From: an uncultured Chloroflexia bacterium
Lineage (GTDB): Bacteria; Chloroflexota; Anaerolineae; Anaerolineales; UBA11858
Direction of reading: 5' to 3'
Assembly (NCBI GenBank): GCA_963824175.1
Contig: CAWGOD010000001.1
Location: forward strand, 150,154 to 214,153
Length of the DNA stretch: 64,000 nt
In this document: positions 32,226-41,979 of the stretch, in pieces
Position numbering within the stretch: position 1 is the stretch's first letter
How the letters are laid out: the number at the start of each line of letters is the position of its first letter
Position numbers and translations under genes: made by a program
The notes under the pieces: model-generated
Database searches by the model: none
Told to the model about the DNA's origin: nothing
The model's input: the letters and a program-made list of their open reading frames with translations, nothing else

Positions 32226-34284
32226 ATGAAAGAATATTCAACCCAAAACATTCGCAATATCGCTCTGGCATCTCACAGTGGATCTGGAAAGACCATGTTG
32301 GCGGAATCACTGTTATTTTTCACTGGTGCCATTACTCGCCTTGGAGAAATCAATGCAGGGACAACTGTATCAGATTTCCAGGATGAAGAGCAGCGACGAG
32401 GTATCTCAATTTCAACCTCAGTTGTGCCAGTCGAGTATAAGGATATCAAGATCAATATATTGGATACTCCTGGGTATACAGATTTTGTTGGTGAAGTGAT
32501 CTCTGCCATGCGTGTTGTTGATGGCGTAATAATTCCTGTTGACTCGGTTTCAGGTGCTGAAGTAGGTACCGAAATTGCCTGGAATTTTGCTGATGAATTC
32601 GAACTTCCCCGATTCGTTATCATCAATATGATGGACCGCGAAAATGCTAATTTCCAGAAGGCACTGGAATCTGTCAGGCAAATGACTTCCATGCGCCTTT
32701 TACCTCTCCAGCTGCCCTGGGGAGAAAAAGCGGATTTCAGTGGTGTGATCGATATCCTGGAAAACAAAGCCTATAAAGGTGATGGTAAAGATAGCTGTTG
32801 ATATACCAGCTGAGTATGCAGACCAGGTCGAAGAACTCCGGATGGAGATCATCGAAGCTGCTGCAGAAGGCAATGATGATTTGCTGATGAAATACCTGGA
32901 AGGTGAAACCCTTTCTGAAGACGAGATTTTCAGCGGCCTGAAAAATGCGGTTGTTTCCAGGTCATTTGCTCCAGTCCTGGTCGCTTCAGGAACAGCGAGT
33001 GTTGGTATGGCTCCCTTATTAAATGCGATCAATAAAATGATGCCTTCTCCGGATGAAGTTCCGGCAGTAACTGCTGAAGGTGCTAAGGGCGATGAAGAAC
33101 TGGCATGTTCAGATGCTGGGCCATTTGCTGGATATGTTTGGAAGACCACTGCCGATCCCTATGTTGGAAAGATCACTTACTTCCGGGTATATTCCGGCAC
33201 TGTCAGCTCTGACAGCAAGGTCTGGAATTGCCAGGAAAAAGAAGAAGAACGGTTTGGCAATATTAATGTCATGCGCGGAAAACACCAGGATGATATCAAG
33301 AACGTTCATGCTGGTGATATTGTAGCAGTTCCGAAATTGAATGTCACTTCTACTGGACATACTCTGGGAGATGCGAATCATCCAGTCAAATTACCTGTGC
33401 CGGTTTACCCTACCGCCCTTTACCGTGTGGCGGTCATCCCCGCTGCCCAGGGGGACTCTGCTAAACTCAGTCCGACCTTGAGCCGATTATGTGAAGAAGA
33501 TATGACTTTATCCTGGAAGCAGGATACAACAACCAGAGAAACCATTCTGGAAGGTATGGGTGGCCAGCATATTGATGTGGCCATTCGTAAGGCCAAGGAT
33601 ATCTTCCAGACTGAATTGAATATTCAAATTCCAAAAGTTCCTTACCAGGAAACCATTAGCAGAAATGGCATTGCCCAATACCGCCACAAGAAACAATCTG
33701 GTGGATCAGGCCAGTTTGGTGAAGTACATATGCGGTTGGAACCACTGCCGGAGGAAAGATTTGAGTTTGTTAACGAAGTGTTCGGTGGTGCAATATCCAA
33801 GAATTACATGCCCGCCATTGAAAAAGGTGTCAAGACTGTCATGGAAGAAGGGGTATTGGCTGGCTACCCGGTTGTGAACGTCAAGGCTGTCGTTATTGAT
33901 GGCAAAGAACATCCGGTTGATTCCAAACCTGTTGCATTTGAGATCGCGGCCCGCCAGGTATTCAAGTTGGCGTTCAAGGAAGCAGGCGGCATTCTGCTTG
34001 AGCCGATCATGGAAGCTAAAGTGACTGTACCAGAAGAGAATATGGGCGATATCCTGGGTGATTTCAATACCAGGCGAGCCCGGGTTCAGGGTATGGATAC
34101 CAATGGTGGCCGTTCAGTAGTTTCTGCCATGGTACCCTTGGCTGAAATGCAGCGCTACACAACGGACTTGCGATCGATGACAGGTGGTCGAGGTATGTTC
34201 GAGATGGAATTCGCACATTACCAGGAACTGCCTACTCACTTGGCGCAAGAAGTAATTGCGGCGAATACTAAAGAAGAAGAATAG
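32226..34284 (+). CDS. elongation factor G paralogue (EF-G2-like), one frame disruption ~32785
   Basis: ORFs 32226-32801 and 32779-34284 are consecutive. G1 is SHSGSGKT rather than AHIDAGKTT. Other motifs: DTPGYTDF (G3), NMMD (G4). Domains II-V are recognisable (..YVGKITYFRVYSG.., ..GGQHIDV.., ..GGSGQFG..). Confidence 0.85.
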
Positions 34285-34304
34285 AATTCATTACACTAAC
34301 GATA

Positions 34305-34340
34305 AAAAAGCCCTTGCATTTTTTTGCAGGGGCTTTTTGT
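34305..34340. terminator. bidirectional intrinsic terminator
   Basis: AGCCCTTGCA-TTTTTT-TGCAGGGGCT flanked by A6 and T5 runs. Confidence 0.75.
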
Positions 34341-34363
34341 TTTGATTATGATGATCCTTAAGA

Positions 34364-35331
34364 TTACCCTTGAGTTAATTTCAACCAGGAGAAGACCTTG
34401 GGGGCGCCATAAGAGATCCATAATACCTACGAGGAAATAACGGAAGAATCGAAGTGCGTAAGATACGAGTGAAATATCATCAGGAAATATTGAGCCCAAA
34501 CCCATATACAGAATAAGAACACCGATGATCCCAACCAGGTAGCGCAGGATCAGCTGCCAGACTTTGCCTTCATGGCTGAATTTTCCAGTCTTGTACAGTA
34601 GGATCACCCCCAAACCTAATCCGAGGAATGAGCCGGACGTTGTGAGCAGCCCGTCATAACTATAGGGTTGGATGACCTCACCAGCCCCCGCAATCCATTC
34701 TGGATTGACTGGAGGTGGGTTGAAGGGCGGCACGAGCAGGACGGCGGGTAGAATCAATAAGGTAGTAATGACTACCAGCGCTAGAATTTGAATTCCCATG
34801 CTATTGCGTTTGAACCAATTAATGACAGGCTTTTCCAGCTTGAGGAATAACCACAATAACAATCCTCCAACTATCCAACCTACCAATACATCGTGCGTGA
34901 AATGAACTCCGAGAACTATCCTGGATAGACCGATCAACAGAATAGCGGCCAGGGCACTCCAACGGATCCAGTTTTTCCGGACAGAAACAGCTACTAATCC
35001 CCAGATGCCAGCTGCGTTCTGGGCATGGCCGGATGGAAATCCAAAACCAGTACCCTCAGCCAGATTGGTCACGGCTGGGGTTACCCAGAAGGGACGCGGC
35101 CATTGAAAGGAGAACTTCAGAATACTATTTATGCCACCACCTACCAGGAGCATAATCCCGATCCTTATGCCGAGCGTGGTGTTTATGCACCAGAATAACG
35201 CCGGCATGATTAGGATATAAAACTCTGTATTCCCCAGGAAAGTAATCCCCTGGAAGATCGTCACTAACCAGTCAGATGTTCCTTGAAACCAGATGGAGAC
35301 GGGAAGAAATAAATTCGATTAAGGTTTCCAT
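34364..35331 (-). CDS. PAP2-family phosphatase, membrane (frame disruptions near both ends, ~35290 and ~34425)
   Basis: PAP2 motifs ..FPSGHAQNAAG.. and ..SRIVLGVHFTHDV... ATG 35329-35331 (METLIEFISS) after GGAGGA joins the main ORF through a C-run. An alternative 3' frame gives ..LWISYGAPKVFSWLKLTQG* ending at 34364. Confidence 0.75.
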
Positions 35332-35403
35332 GATAATTTCCTCCAAAGTAAGGTGAGAAGAATAGTTGGAATAATTAATATCACTGTGAAGCTGAATACA
35401 GAA

Positions 35404-36438
35404 TTAGGATCCTTTGTGTAGAGAGCGCCGGCGAGTAGGGGGAGCAGCTATCATAGCGATCCCGGTTATAGTTTCTATAACACCATATGCCAGGCCAAGG
35501 TTCGCGGGTTGAACCAGCTTTTCAACCTGGGCGATCAATAGTGAGCGTGTAGCCCGATATCCTCCCAATAGGAAATAAGCCAGTACAAGGATTGGCATCT
35601 GGGTAAATTGCCAAACCAGGGCTGCAAATATTCCCACAAATAATTGTCCCAGGATCAAGCCGAGCTGGGGTGGCAGCAATCCAAACAGCAAATTGATCAA
35701 TACATTCCCCAGGTTTGTAATTGCCCCGAGGATGCCAATGGTTTGCAGAGATATCAAACGCTGGTTCTTTAGGAAATTGGGTGCCAGGGGTTGGGGAAAG
35801 AATAGTGCAAAGTAGATTATTAATATCACAGGCAGGTAAGAGATAAACCTCTTATTTTTGAGCAAATCTCCTGCAGGATTTTTAAGTTTTACTTCTGTTG
35901 GCTGAGGTTTGATGAAAATGATAATTATTGAAGAGATGATAAAACAGCCAAAAGCAAAAAAGTAGATCGACCTTATTCCCAACCCTTCCGCCAATGATCC
36001 CCCAATTAGAGGTCCTGCAATTCCGCCCAAGTAAAATCCAGCATTGTTGGTTGTCAGAACTTGTTCAACGCTTAATTTGCCGCGGGCTGCGGTGATATAG
36101 CTGTTCAGAGGGGCGACCACAAATACTGTCGTTGAATAAAGGATGATCCCGATTGAGAATACAGCCAGAGACCTGGCTGCGGCCATGATCCCAGTAGTGA
36201 TCACACCCATGCCCCAGGCGGTCCACATTAATTGTCTGCGGCCTAAACGGTCTGACAGGAAACCAGCAGGGATGTGAAAAAGAGTCATCGCCAGCCCTAC
36301 GCCCCCCAGGATGCTGCCAATCACCAGAGGGGATGCTCCCAACTCTTGTAAGTAAAGGGGTTGGAAATACATGAATGCACCTTCACCCACCCCCCAGATG
36401 ATCAGGCTGACCGTGACCAGGATAAAGTCTTTTGTCAT
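35404..36438 (-). CDS. MFS transporter
   Basis: About 10-11 TM helices with the MFS loop motif ..GFLSDRLGRRQLM... Confidence 0.75.
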   Translation of the reverse strand: MTKDFILVTVSLIIWGVGEGAFMYFQPLYLQELGASPLVIGSILGGVGLAMTLFHIPAGFLSDRLGRRQLMWTAWGMGVITTGIMAAARSLAVFSIGIILYSTTVFVVAPLNSYITAARGKLSVEQVLTTNNAGFYLGGIAGPLIGGSLAEGLGIRSIYFFAFGCFIISSIIIIFIKPQPTEVKLKNPAGDLLKNKRFISYLPVILIIYFALFFPQPLAPNFLKNQRLISLQTIGILGAITNLGNVLINLLFGLLPPQLGLILGQLFVGIFAALVWQFTQMPILVLAYFLLGGYRATRSLLIAQVEKLVQPANLGLAYGVIETITGIAMIAAPPTRRRSLHKGS

Positions 36439-37197
36439 GTTCTGGAGTTAATCGTGTTGGCGATAAATGCTTGGACGTTTTGGAAGACGGTATCCTTCTC
36501 CTGGTCACGAGTAATAACATGACCGCTGTTTTCCAGAAGGACTTTCTGCTTCATATTATCTGGGGTGCCTAGGGCGTTATAGATCAGATCTAGATTTTCA
36601 GGTGGGACACCGATATCTTTTTTGGAGTGCATTAATAGGGCGGGTGCGCTGACCTTGGGAAGGGCTGTCCGCAAGGCTCTTAAGTAAATCTGAGAGCTGC
36701 AGAATAGCTCTAGTAGGATATCGGTCATAGGAAAAATGGTTCTCTTTTGCTTTCGGATCCTGCCAATCGGAATCCCCTTTCTCTATATACGGAATTAGCC
36801 AGGAAATATAGGGTAATAATATTCGCCGCGGATCGGATCGGATTTCATATGGGGCTGATAGGCCTACAACGCCAGCTACTGGAAGGAATGAAGAATGATA
36901 TAAGGCCAGTGCGCCCCCCATGGACAATCCAATTAAGAAGATATTCTTTGTGGTTGACTCAAGTAAATGCCATCCATCTAAAACTGAGGCGGACCAATCT
37001 TGCCAGTGCATGCGGTTCATATCTTCTATCTTTGTTCCATGGCCTGCCAGGCGAATACCGAGAACGCTGTACCCAAATCCAGCCAGGTATTCACCCAGTG
37101 GGTGCATTTCAGTTGGCGCACCGGTAAAACCATGGATCAATAGGCAGCCCGTATCATTGCCTGGATAATAAAAAGGTTCAGTGTTCTTTACCAGCAT
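36435..37197 (-). CDS. alpha/beta hydrolase (carboxylesterase/monoacylglycerol lipase-like), one frame disruption ~36600-36730
   Basis: ..CLLIHGFTGAP.. and the nucleophile elbow GLSMGG. The C-terminal ..HSKKD..V..EN....Y......K...LENSGHVIT.. lies in ORF 36435-36728. Confidence 0.8.
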
Positions 37198-38366
37198 TTT
37201 TTGCTCCTGTCTTTGAGATCTGTGGTGGGTAAGATCACTCTTCGATCAACAGCTGAGTTAGATTCCCGCGGAGCGCTAGTTAAGGATAATCCACCATCTT
37301 CGGTGACCACAATATCGTCCTCTATTCGTACTCCGCCGCGTTTGGGAAGATAAATTCCAGGTTCAATGGTGAAAGTCATACCTGGTTCCAGGATCGTTTG
37401 ATCAAATTGGCTGATATTGGGTTCTTCATGAGCTTCTAGCCCTAATCCATGACCGGTGCGGTGGAAAAAGTATTCCCCATAGCCGGCATCTTCTATAATC
37501 TGGCGGGCAGCTTGATCGACAGCGCTGGCAGGGATTCCCGGCTTAACTGCAGCTCGGGCAGCTGCGTTGGCATCCTGTACAAATTTTGCGATCTGATCGA
37601 TTTCGGGACGTAAATCTCCCATGGCAAAAACCCTGGTGATATCAGAAAAATATCCCTGGTGGCTTGCCCCCCAATCGATCAGGATGATATCTCCGGGATT
37701 GAGAACGCGGTTTGTTGGGGTTGCGTGGGGATTGGCTGCGTTTTCGCCAAAAGAAACGATTGGAAAAAATGGCAGCTCAGGGTCAGAGCCCTCCTGAAGC
37801 AGACGCCCCACCAGACGGCCAGCGATCTCTTTTTCAGTGACGCCTGGTTTGATGGCCATGATCGTGCTTGAAAGGGCGCACTCGGCTATCCGGACAGCTT
37901 CAACCATGAATTTAATCTCATTTTCACTCTTAATTCTTCTCATCTGGGTCAGGATCGGTTGAGCAGATTCTAATGACATCTCTGGAGCGGCACCCTGCAG
38001 ATAATTTTGTTCAAGCAATCGAAGCCGGCGGGGGATAACCCCTATTTTGCCCGTAACGAGATCTGCTTCCTGAAGGGCAGATCGGAACACTCCTGTCCAT
38101 GTTTCAGGGTCCTCGTTAAATAGGAATGGTCTGATTGGGAAGGGCAGAGAAGTGATCTTGGCTCCTTCCAATTCAGGAAGAATGAATACCGGATCCCCGG
38201 ATATTGGAAATATTCCAATTACAGGTCGTTCCATCAAATGGAAATCCAAACCGGTCAAGTATGAAAGATCCGGTCCGGGATTTAAACAGACTGCGTTCAG
38301 ATCACTTTCCTTCAAGAGGGCCTGTAGATTTTCTTGGCGTTTTAGATGAATATTTATAGACATCAT
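37188..38366 (-). CDS. M24-family Xaa-Pro dipeptidase/aminopeptidase
   Basis: ..GDIILIDWGASHQGYFSDITR.., ..HRTGHGLGLEAHEEP.., ..FTIEPGIY...GGVRIEDD... Confidence 0.88.
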   Translation of the reverse strand: MMSINIHLKRQENLQALLKESDLNAVCLNPGPDLSYLTGLDFHLMERPVIGIFPISGDPVFILPELEGAKITSLPFPIRPFLFNEDPETWTGVFRSALQEADLVTGKIGVIPRRLRLLEQNYLQGAAPEMSLESAQPILTQMRRIKSENEIKFMVEAVRIAECALSSTIMAIKPGVTEKEIAGRLVGRLLQEGSDPELPFFPIVSFGENAANPHATPTNRVLNPGDIILIDWGASHQGYFSDITRVFAMGDLRPEIDQIAKFVQDANAAARAAVKPGIPASAVDQAARQIIEDAGYGEYFFHRTGHGLGLEAHEEPNISQFDQTILEPGMTFTIEPGIYLPKRGGVRIEDDIVVTEDGGLSLTSAPRESNSAVDRRVILPTTDLKDRSKKCW

Positions 38367-38600
38367 GACTCCATTATGGGAGAAATTGAATAAATTTATG
38401 TCTGATTGATATCTGTTATTTGTATTTGTTATGATAACTCAATTTGAATTTACTGGAGATGATTAATCCTGTCTGGATCGAGGAGGCTGCTGGTGCTGGA
38501 GTTCCTTTAAATGGGAACAGAGTGATTGAGATCCTTGTGAAGGTTGTATGCCTTTGGGGATCCCATCGTCTCCTACTTCACATTCAATAATAGTAGCTGG

Positions 38601-39025
38601 TTATTCCTGGATTTCGAGATATTGAAAGATCAATAACTCTCCAGCAGAAGTAGTGATTTGAAGCACCTGTCCCTGGAGAGAAAAGCTGGCTGCTTGGGAG
38701 AACAGGCTCATCAGCTGCTGTTCCTGCTGCATGATACCTTCTGGATCCATGCAGGCCATCTCTGTCCAACCCAGGCCTTCGATCTGGATCTGATCCCTTT
38801 GGTTTGATAACTTCCAAAATAATGGTTGCAGCTGGCGGACCCGTTCACTTCCCCGTCTTCAAAATAAGCAGTCATACTAGAGCCGGGAAGTAGTGAATTC
38901 CCGTTGGAGCTGACCAAAGTCCAGGCAGTTCCGTTCAAACCGCCATTCTTATTGATGGGGAAGATCCCGCAGCTGCTGAGAAAGAGAGCGCTTAAAAACA
39001 AAATGATTAGAAGATTTTTTTTCAT
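38601..39025 (-). CDS. META-domain (HslJ-like) lipoprotein, one frame disruption ~38795
   Basis: Lipobox LFLSSCG. META motifs ..GTAWTLV.., ..SASCNHYFGSYQ... After the frame switch it reads DQIQIEGLGWTEMACMDPEGIMQQEQQ...LQITTSAGELLIFQYLEIQE*. Confidence 0.75.
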
Positions 39026-39202
39026 AAGTTTCTCCTGATTTGATTACACCATATAGACGTGGATTGTGCAGGGAAAGTTCCCGGGATTCGATTATGATTG
39101 ATCCTATGATGGCTCAGTAATTTATCTTGATTTGTCTCATTCGGTGTTTTATATCAAAGCTATAATTGAAGGGTCCAGCATATAGAGTAAGAGGGAGATC
39201 AG

Positions 39203-40161
39203 ATGCGGGGAAGAAGAGGATGTTTAAAATGGGGTATGGGAATTTTCTTTGGCCTTTTTCTCCTACTTGGCGGTTTATTGATTTTCAACGGGGTTGAAAA
39301 CAGGGAACTGGATCAAATCGCCAGGGATGAGGCCGGGGGTTCGTTTATTGAATTGGATCAAGGTGTAGTTCATTATTATCTTGAAGGCCCGACCGATGGT
39401 CCCCTGGTGGTTTTGACCCATGGTTTTTCAGTCCCTGCCTATGTCTGGGAACCAACAACTGCATTCTTGAATAAAAATGGTTATCGCACCCTGCGATATG
39501 ATCTTTATGGGCGGGGATATTCTGATCGTCCAAATCTGGTATACGATATAACATTATTTGAAGTCCAGCTGGCGGGCTTGATAGACAGCTTGAAACTGAA
39601 TGAGCCTGTGACTGTTGTGGGGCTCTCTATGGGAGGACCGGTTGCTGCCCGATATGCGCACAAAAATCCGGACCAGGTAGCTGGTGTGATCCTTCTCTCT
39701 CCGGTGGTTACTCAAACTACCAACCGAGATATCTTTCCTCTGAATATCCCAGGAGTGGGGGAATATCTTATGTCTGCGGTGATGGAACCAATAATTCTGC
39801 CAAAAATTCAAGCAGATGATTTCACCCATCCGGAAAACTTTCCCGATTGGGAAGAAAAATACCGTGAGCAGATGCAGTTCAAGGGAACAGGCAGGGCATT
39901 ATTATCCACAATCCATGAGTTGGTGAAGCTGGATCCGGAAGTGGAATACCAGGATCTTCATAAAACCAGCCTGCCGGTCATGTTGATCTGGGGAGACAGC
40001 AGATCAGAGCATCGGTCCAGAGCAGATTGATGTTCTCCAGCAGATTCTTCCAGAGCTAGAGATCAGGATCGTGGAGGATGGCGGGCATCTGGTCCATTAT
40101 GAAAGACCTGATGAAGTGAATCCTGAAATTGTCGATTATCTGGATCGGATCTCAAGATAAT
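39203..40161 (+). CDS. alpha/beta hydrolase, one frame disruption ~40000
   Basis: ..LVVLTHGFSVP.. and GLSMGG. The tail ..IVEDGGHLVHYERPDEVNPEIVDYLDRISR* is in another frame downstream of 40030. Confidence 0.8.
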
Positions 40162-40331
40162 ACTCTGATAACTGACAAATAGAGTTTGGATCAATACTGG
40201 GTCGTAAATAACCTATCGCCCAGATTTTAGGAACGCGATTCATCCAAATGATTCCTTAACACTTCATAAATAAAACCTTAATCTCTGGGGAGTATCCTGT
40301 ATGCATTAGTGGTATATACAAGGAGAATAAA

Positions 40332-41103
40332 ATGAAAAAGAGAATGATTTTATTGGTTGGATTTGTCCTGATACTCACATCCTGTGCGGCGGCACCGCTG
40401 GCTTCAGCAAGCAGTGATCAAACCCAAGAAGGCATTGATACAGACAGTCTCAGCCATTTCTCAAGGACAAGGACCTGATGAAGAAATCCATGAAGATACT
40501 TTGGAAGCTTTGTCTGATGGCGACCTGACGGATCCGGAAATCCAGGGAATTCTTTTCATGCGAGAAGAGGAAAAGTTGGCTCGGGATGTTTATCTGGCCC
40601 TGGCAGAACGCTGGGGTATGAATATTTTCAGTAATATCGCCGGAAGTGAAAATACCCATATGGATTCGGTTTTAACCCTGATTGAAATGTCCGATCTTGA
40701 AGATCCTGTTGGAGATGCAGGAGAAGGTGTGTTTGAAAATCAGGAACTTCAGACTTTATATGATGACCTTGTGGAACGCGGTAATTTGAGTCTGGAAGAA
40801 GCCTTGCTGGTTGGAGGAGCGATCGAGGAAATTGATATCCTGGATCTGCAGAACTATCTGGCAGAAACAGAAGATGGAGCCTTGATCAGAGGTTTATACA
40901 GAATTTGCTTAATGGTTCTATCAATCATCTGCGAGTCATTCGTGAGAACTTATGAACGCCAGACCGGAGAAAGTTATCAACCTCAATTCATGAGCCAGGA
41001 AGCATATGATGAGCTGATGGCGAGCACTGCTGTTCGCGGAAATGGTGGCGGTATGGGAATGAACGCAGCACCCCAGGGCCGAGGACAGGGAAGATCAAAT
41101 TAA
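40332..41103 (+). CDS. DUF2202 (ferritin-like) domain lipoprotein, at least two frame disruptions
   Basis: ATG 40332 with lipobox LILTSCAA. ..ILFMREEEKLARDVYLALAERWGMNIFSNIAGSENTHMDSV.. is typical of DUF2202. The second repeat is disturbed around 40890-40930. Confidence 0.65.
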
Positions 41104-41158
41104 GTGACATATCTAGTACCTATTATAGCCCTGGCAAGAGTGCCGGGGCTATAATCTA

Positions 41159-41186
41159 TAGCCCCCGAGAGGGGGCTTTTCCTTTT
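41159..41186 (+). terminator. intrinsic terminator
   Basis: AGCCCCC-GAGA-GGGGGCT followed by TTTTCCTTTT. It is preceded by a second hairpin at 41124-41152. Confidence 0.7.
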
Positions 41187-41388
41187 CCAGCTACGATTAT
41201 CCGGTATACCAGACTGTGAGCTTCCATAAAACGTTCTCGAGGGATGAGTGCCAACTCTCCCGGACTTGATTATCGCGAGAGCTGCTGTTGAACCTGATGA
41301 TTCTTATAGTCGTGCTAATTTATGATACAAGTATTGTGTTCTCGGTTCTTCATCTCTCTTCCGTCTCCGGTCCCCAGTCCTCCTCCGA

Positions 41389-41417
41389 TTGACATTCAAT
41401 CCTCCCTCAAGTACAAT
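41389..41417 (+). promoter_or_regulatory. sigma70-like promoter of the tRNA-Ala pair (TTGACA-17 nt-TACAAT)
   Basis: TTGACA at 41389-41394, a 17-nt spacer, TACAAT at 41412-41417. It lies about 18 nt upstream of the first tRNA. Confidence 0.65.
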
Positions 41418-41434
41418 GTTGGGGCAAAAAAAAT

Positions 41435-41507
41435 GGGCCTGTAGCGCAGTTGGGAGCGCGCATCAATCGCACTGATGAGGTCGCGGGTTCGAATCCCGCC
41501 AGGTCCA
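41435..41507 (+). tRNA. tRNA-Ala (anticodon CGC)
   Basis: Cloverleaf GGGCCTG/CAGGTCC with G3:U70. D arm GCGC-AGTTGGGA-GCGC. Anticodon loop ATCGCAC. T arm GCGGG-TTCGAAT-CCCGC. 73 nt, no encoded CCA. Confidence 0.93.
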
Positions 41508-41559
41508 CTCCGGTTGACGAAGACACCGTAAACGAGTAAAATATCACCAAATAATCTCC

Positions 41560-41632
41560 GGGCCCATGGCGCAGTTGGGAGCGCGTCTCAATGGCATTGA
41601 GAAGGTCGTGAGTTCGAGCCTCACTGGGTCCA
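41560..41632 (+). tRNA. tRNA-Ala (anticodon GGC)
   Basis: Cloverleaf GGGCCCA/TGGGTCC with G3:U70. Identical D arm to the first tRNA-Ala. Anticodon loop ATGGCAT. T arm GTGAG-TTCGAGC-CTCAC. 73 nt. Confidence 0.93.
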
Positions 41633-41669
41633 CACACAACGGCACTTCCGGAAGGAAGTGCCCATATAT

Positions 41670-41926
41670 TTATAAACCGGGAGTAGTAGATTATCTGCCA
41701 GAGAGGTGAGATCAGCGGCTGAAAATTTCACCAGAGGTGTTTGCAGAACACCAGAAAAAATCGAACTCGCCTGGCACGCAAAATTGCGTGGATCTGCCCC
41801 TGAAATCAAGTAAGGAGCAGCGATTCTGCCCGATAAAGCAGCCCCAAGTGGTGGCGCAAGGCGTCACAATCAGGGTGGTACCACGGAGTTAGACCTTCGT
41901 CCCTGACCGGCGAAGGTTTTTGTTTT
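41670..41926 (+). promoter_or_regulatory. T-box riboswitch leader of leuS
   Basis: T-box sequence AGGGTGGTACCACGG (41872-41886) followed by the terminator ACCTTCG..CGAAGGT + TTTTTGTTTT (41893-41926). AGTA/AGAGA stem I elements at 41680-41706. Candidate specifier CUC at 41766-41768 (GAACUCG). Confidence 0.85.
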
Positions 41927-41979
41927 AAGCAATCAATCTGATATTTATTTTTCAGGTTTTCACTAGAAGGATGTGAACT

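Noticed and set aside
41407-41637. A 76-aa minus-strand ORF.
   Set aside because: It lies entirely antisense to the two tRNA-Ala genes, so it is spurious.
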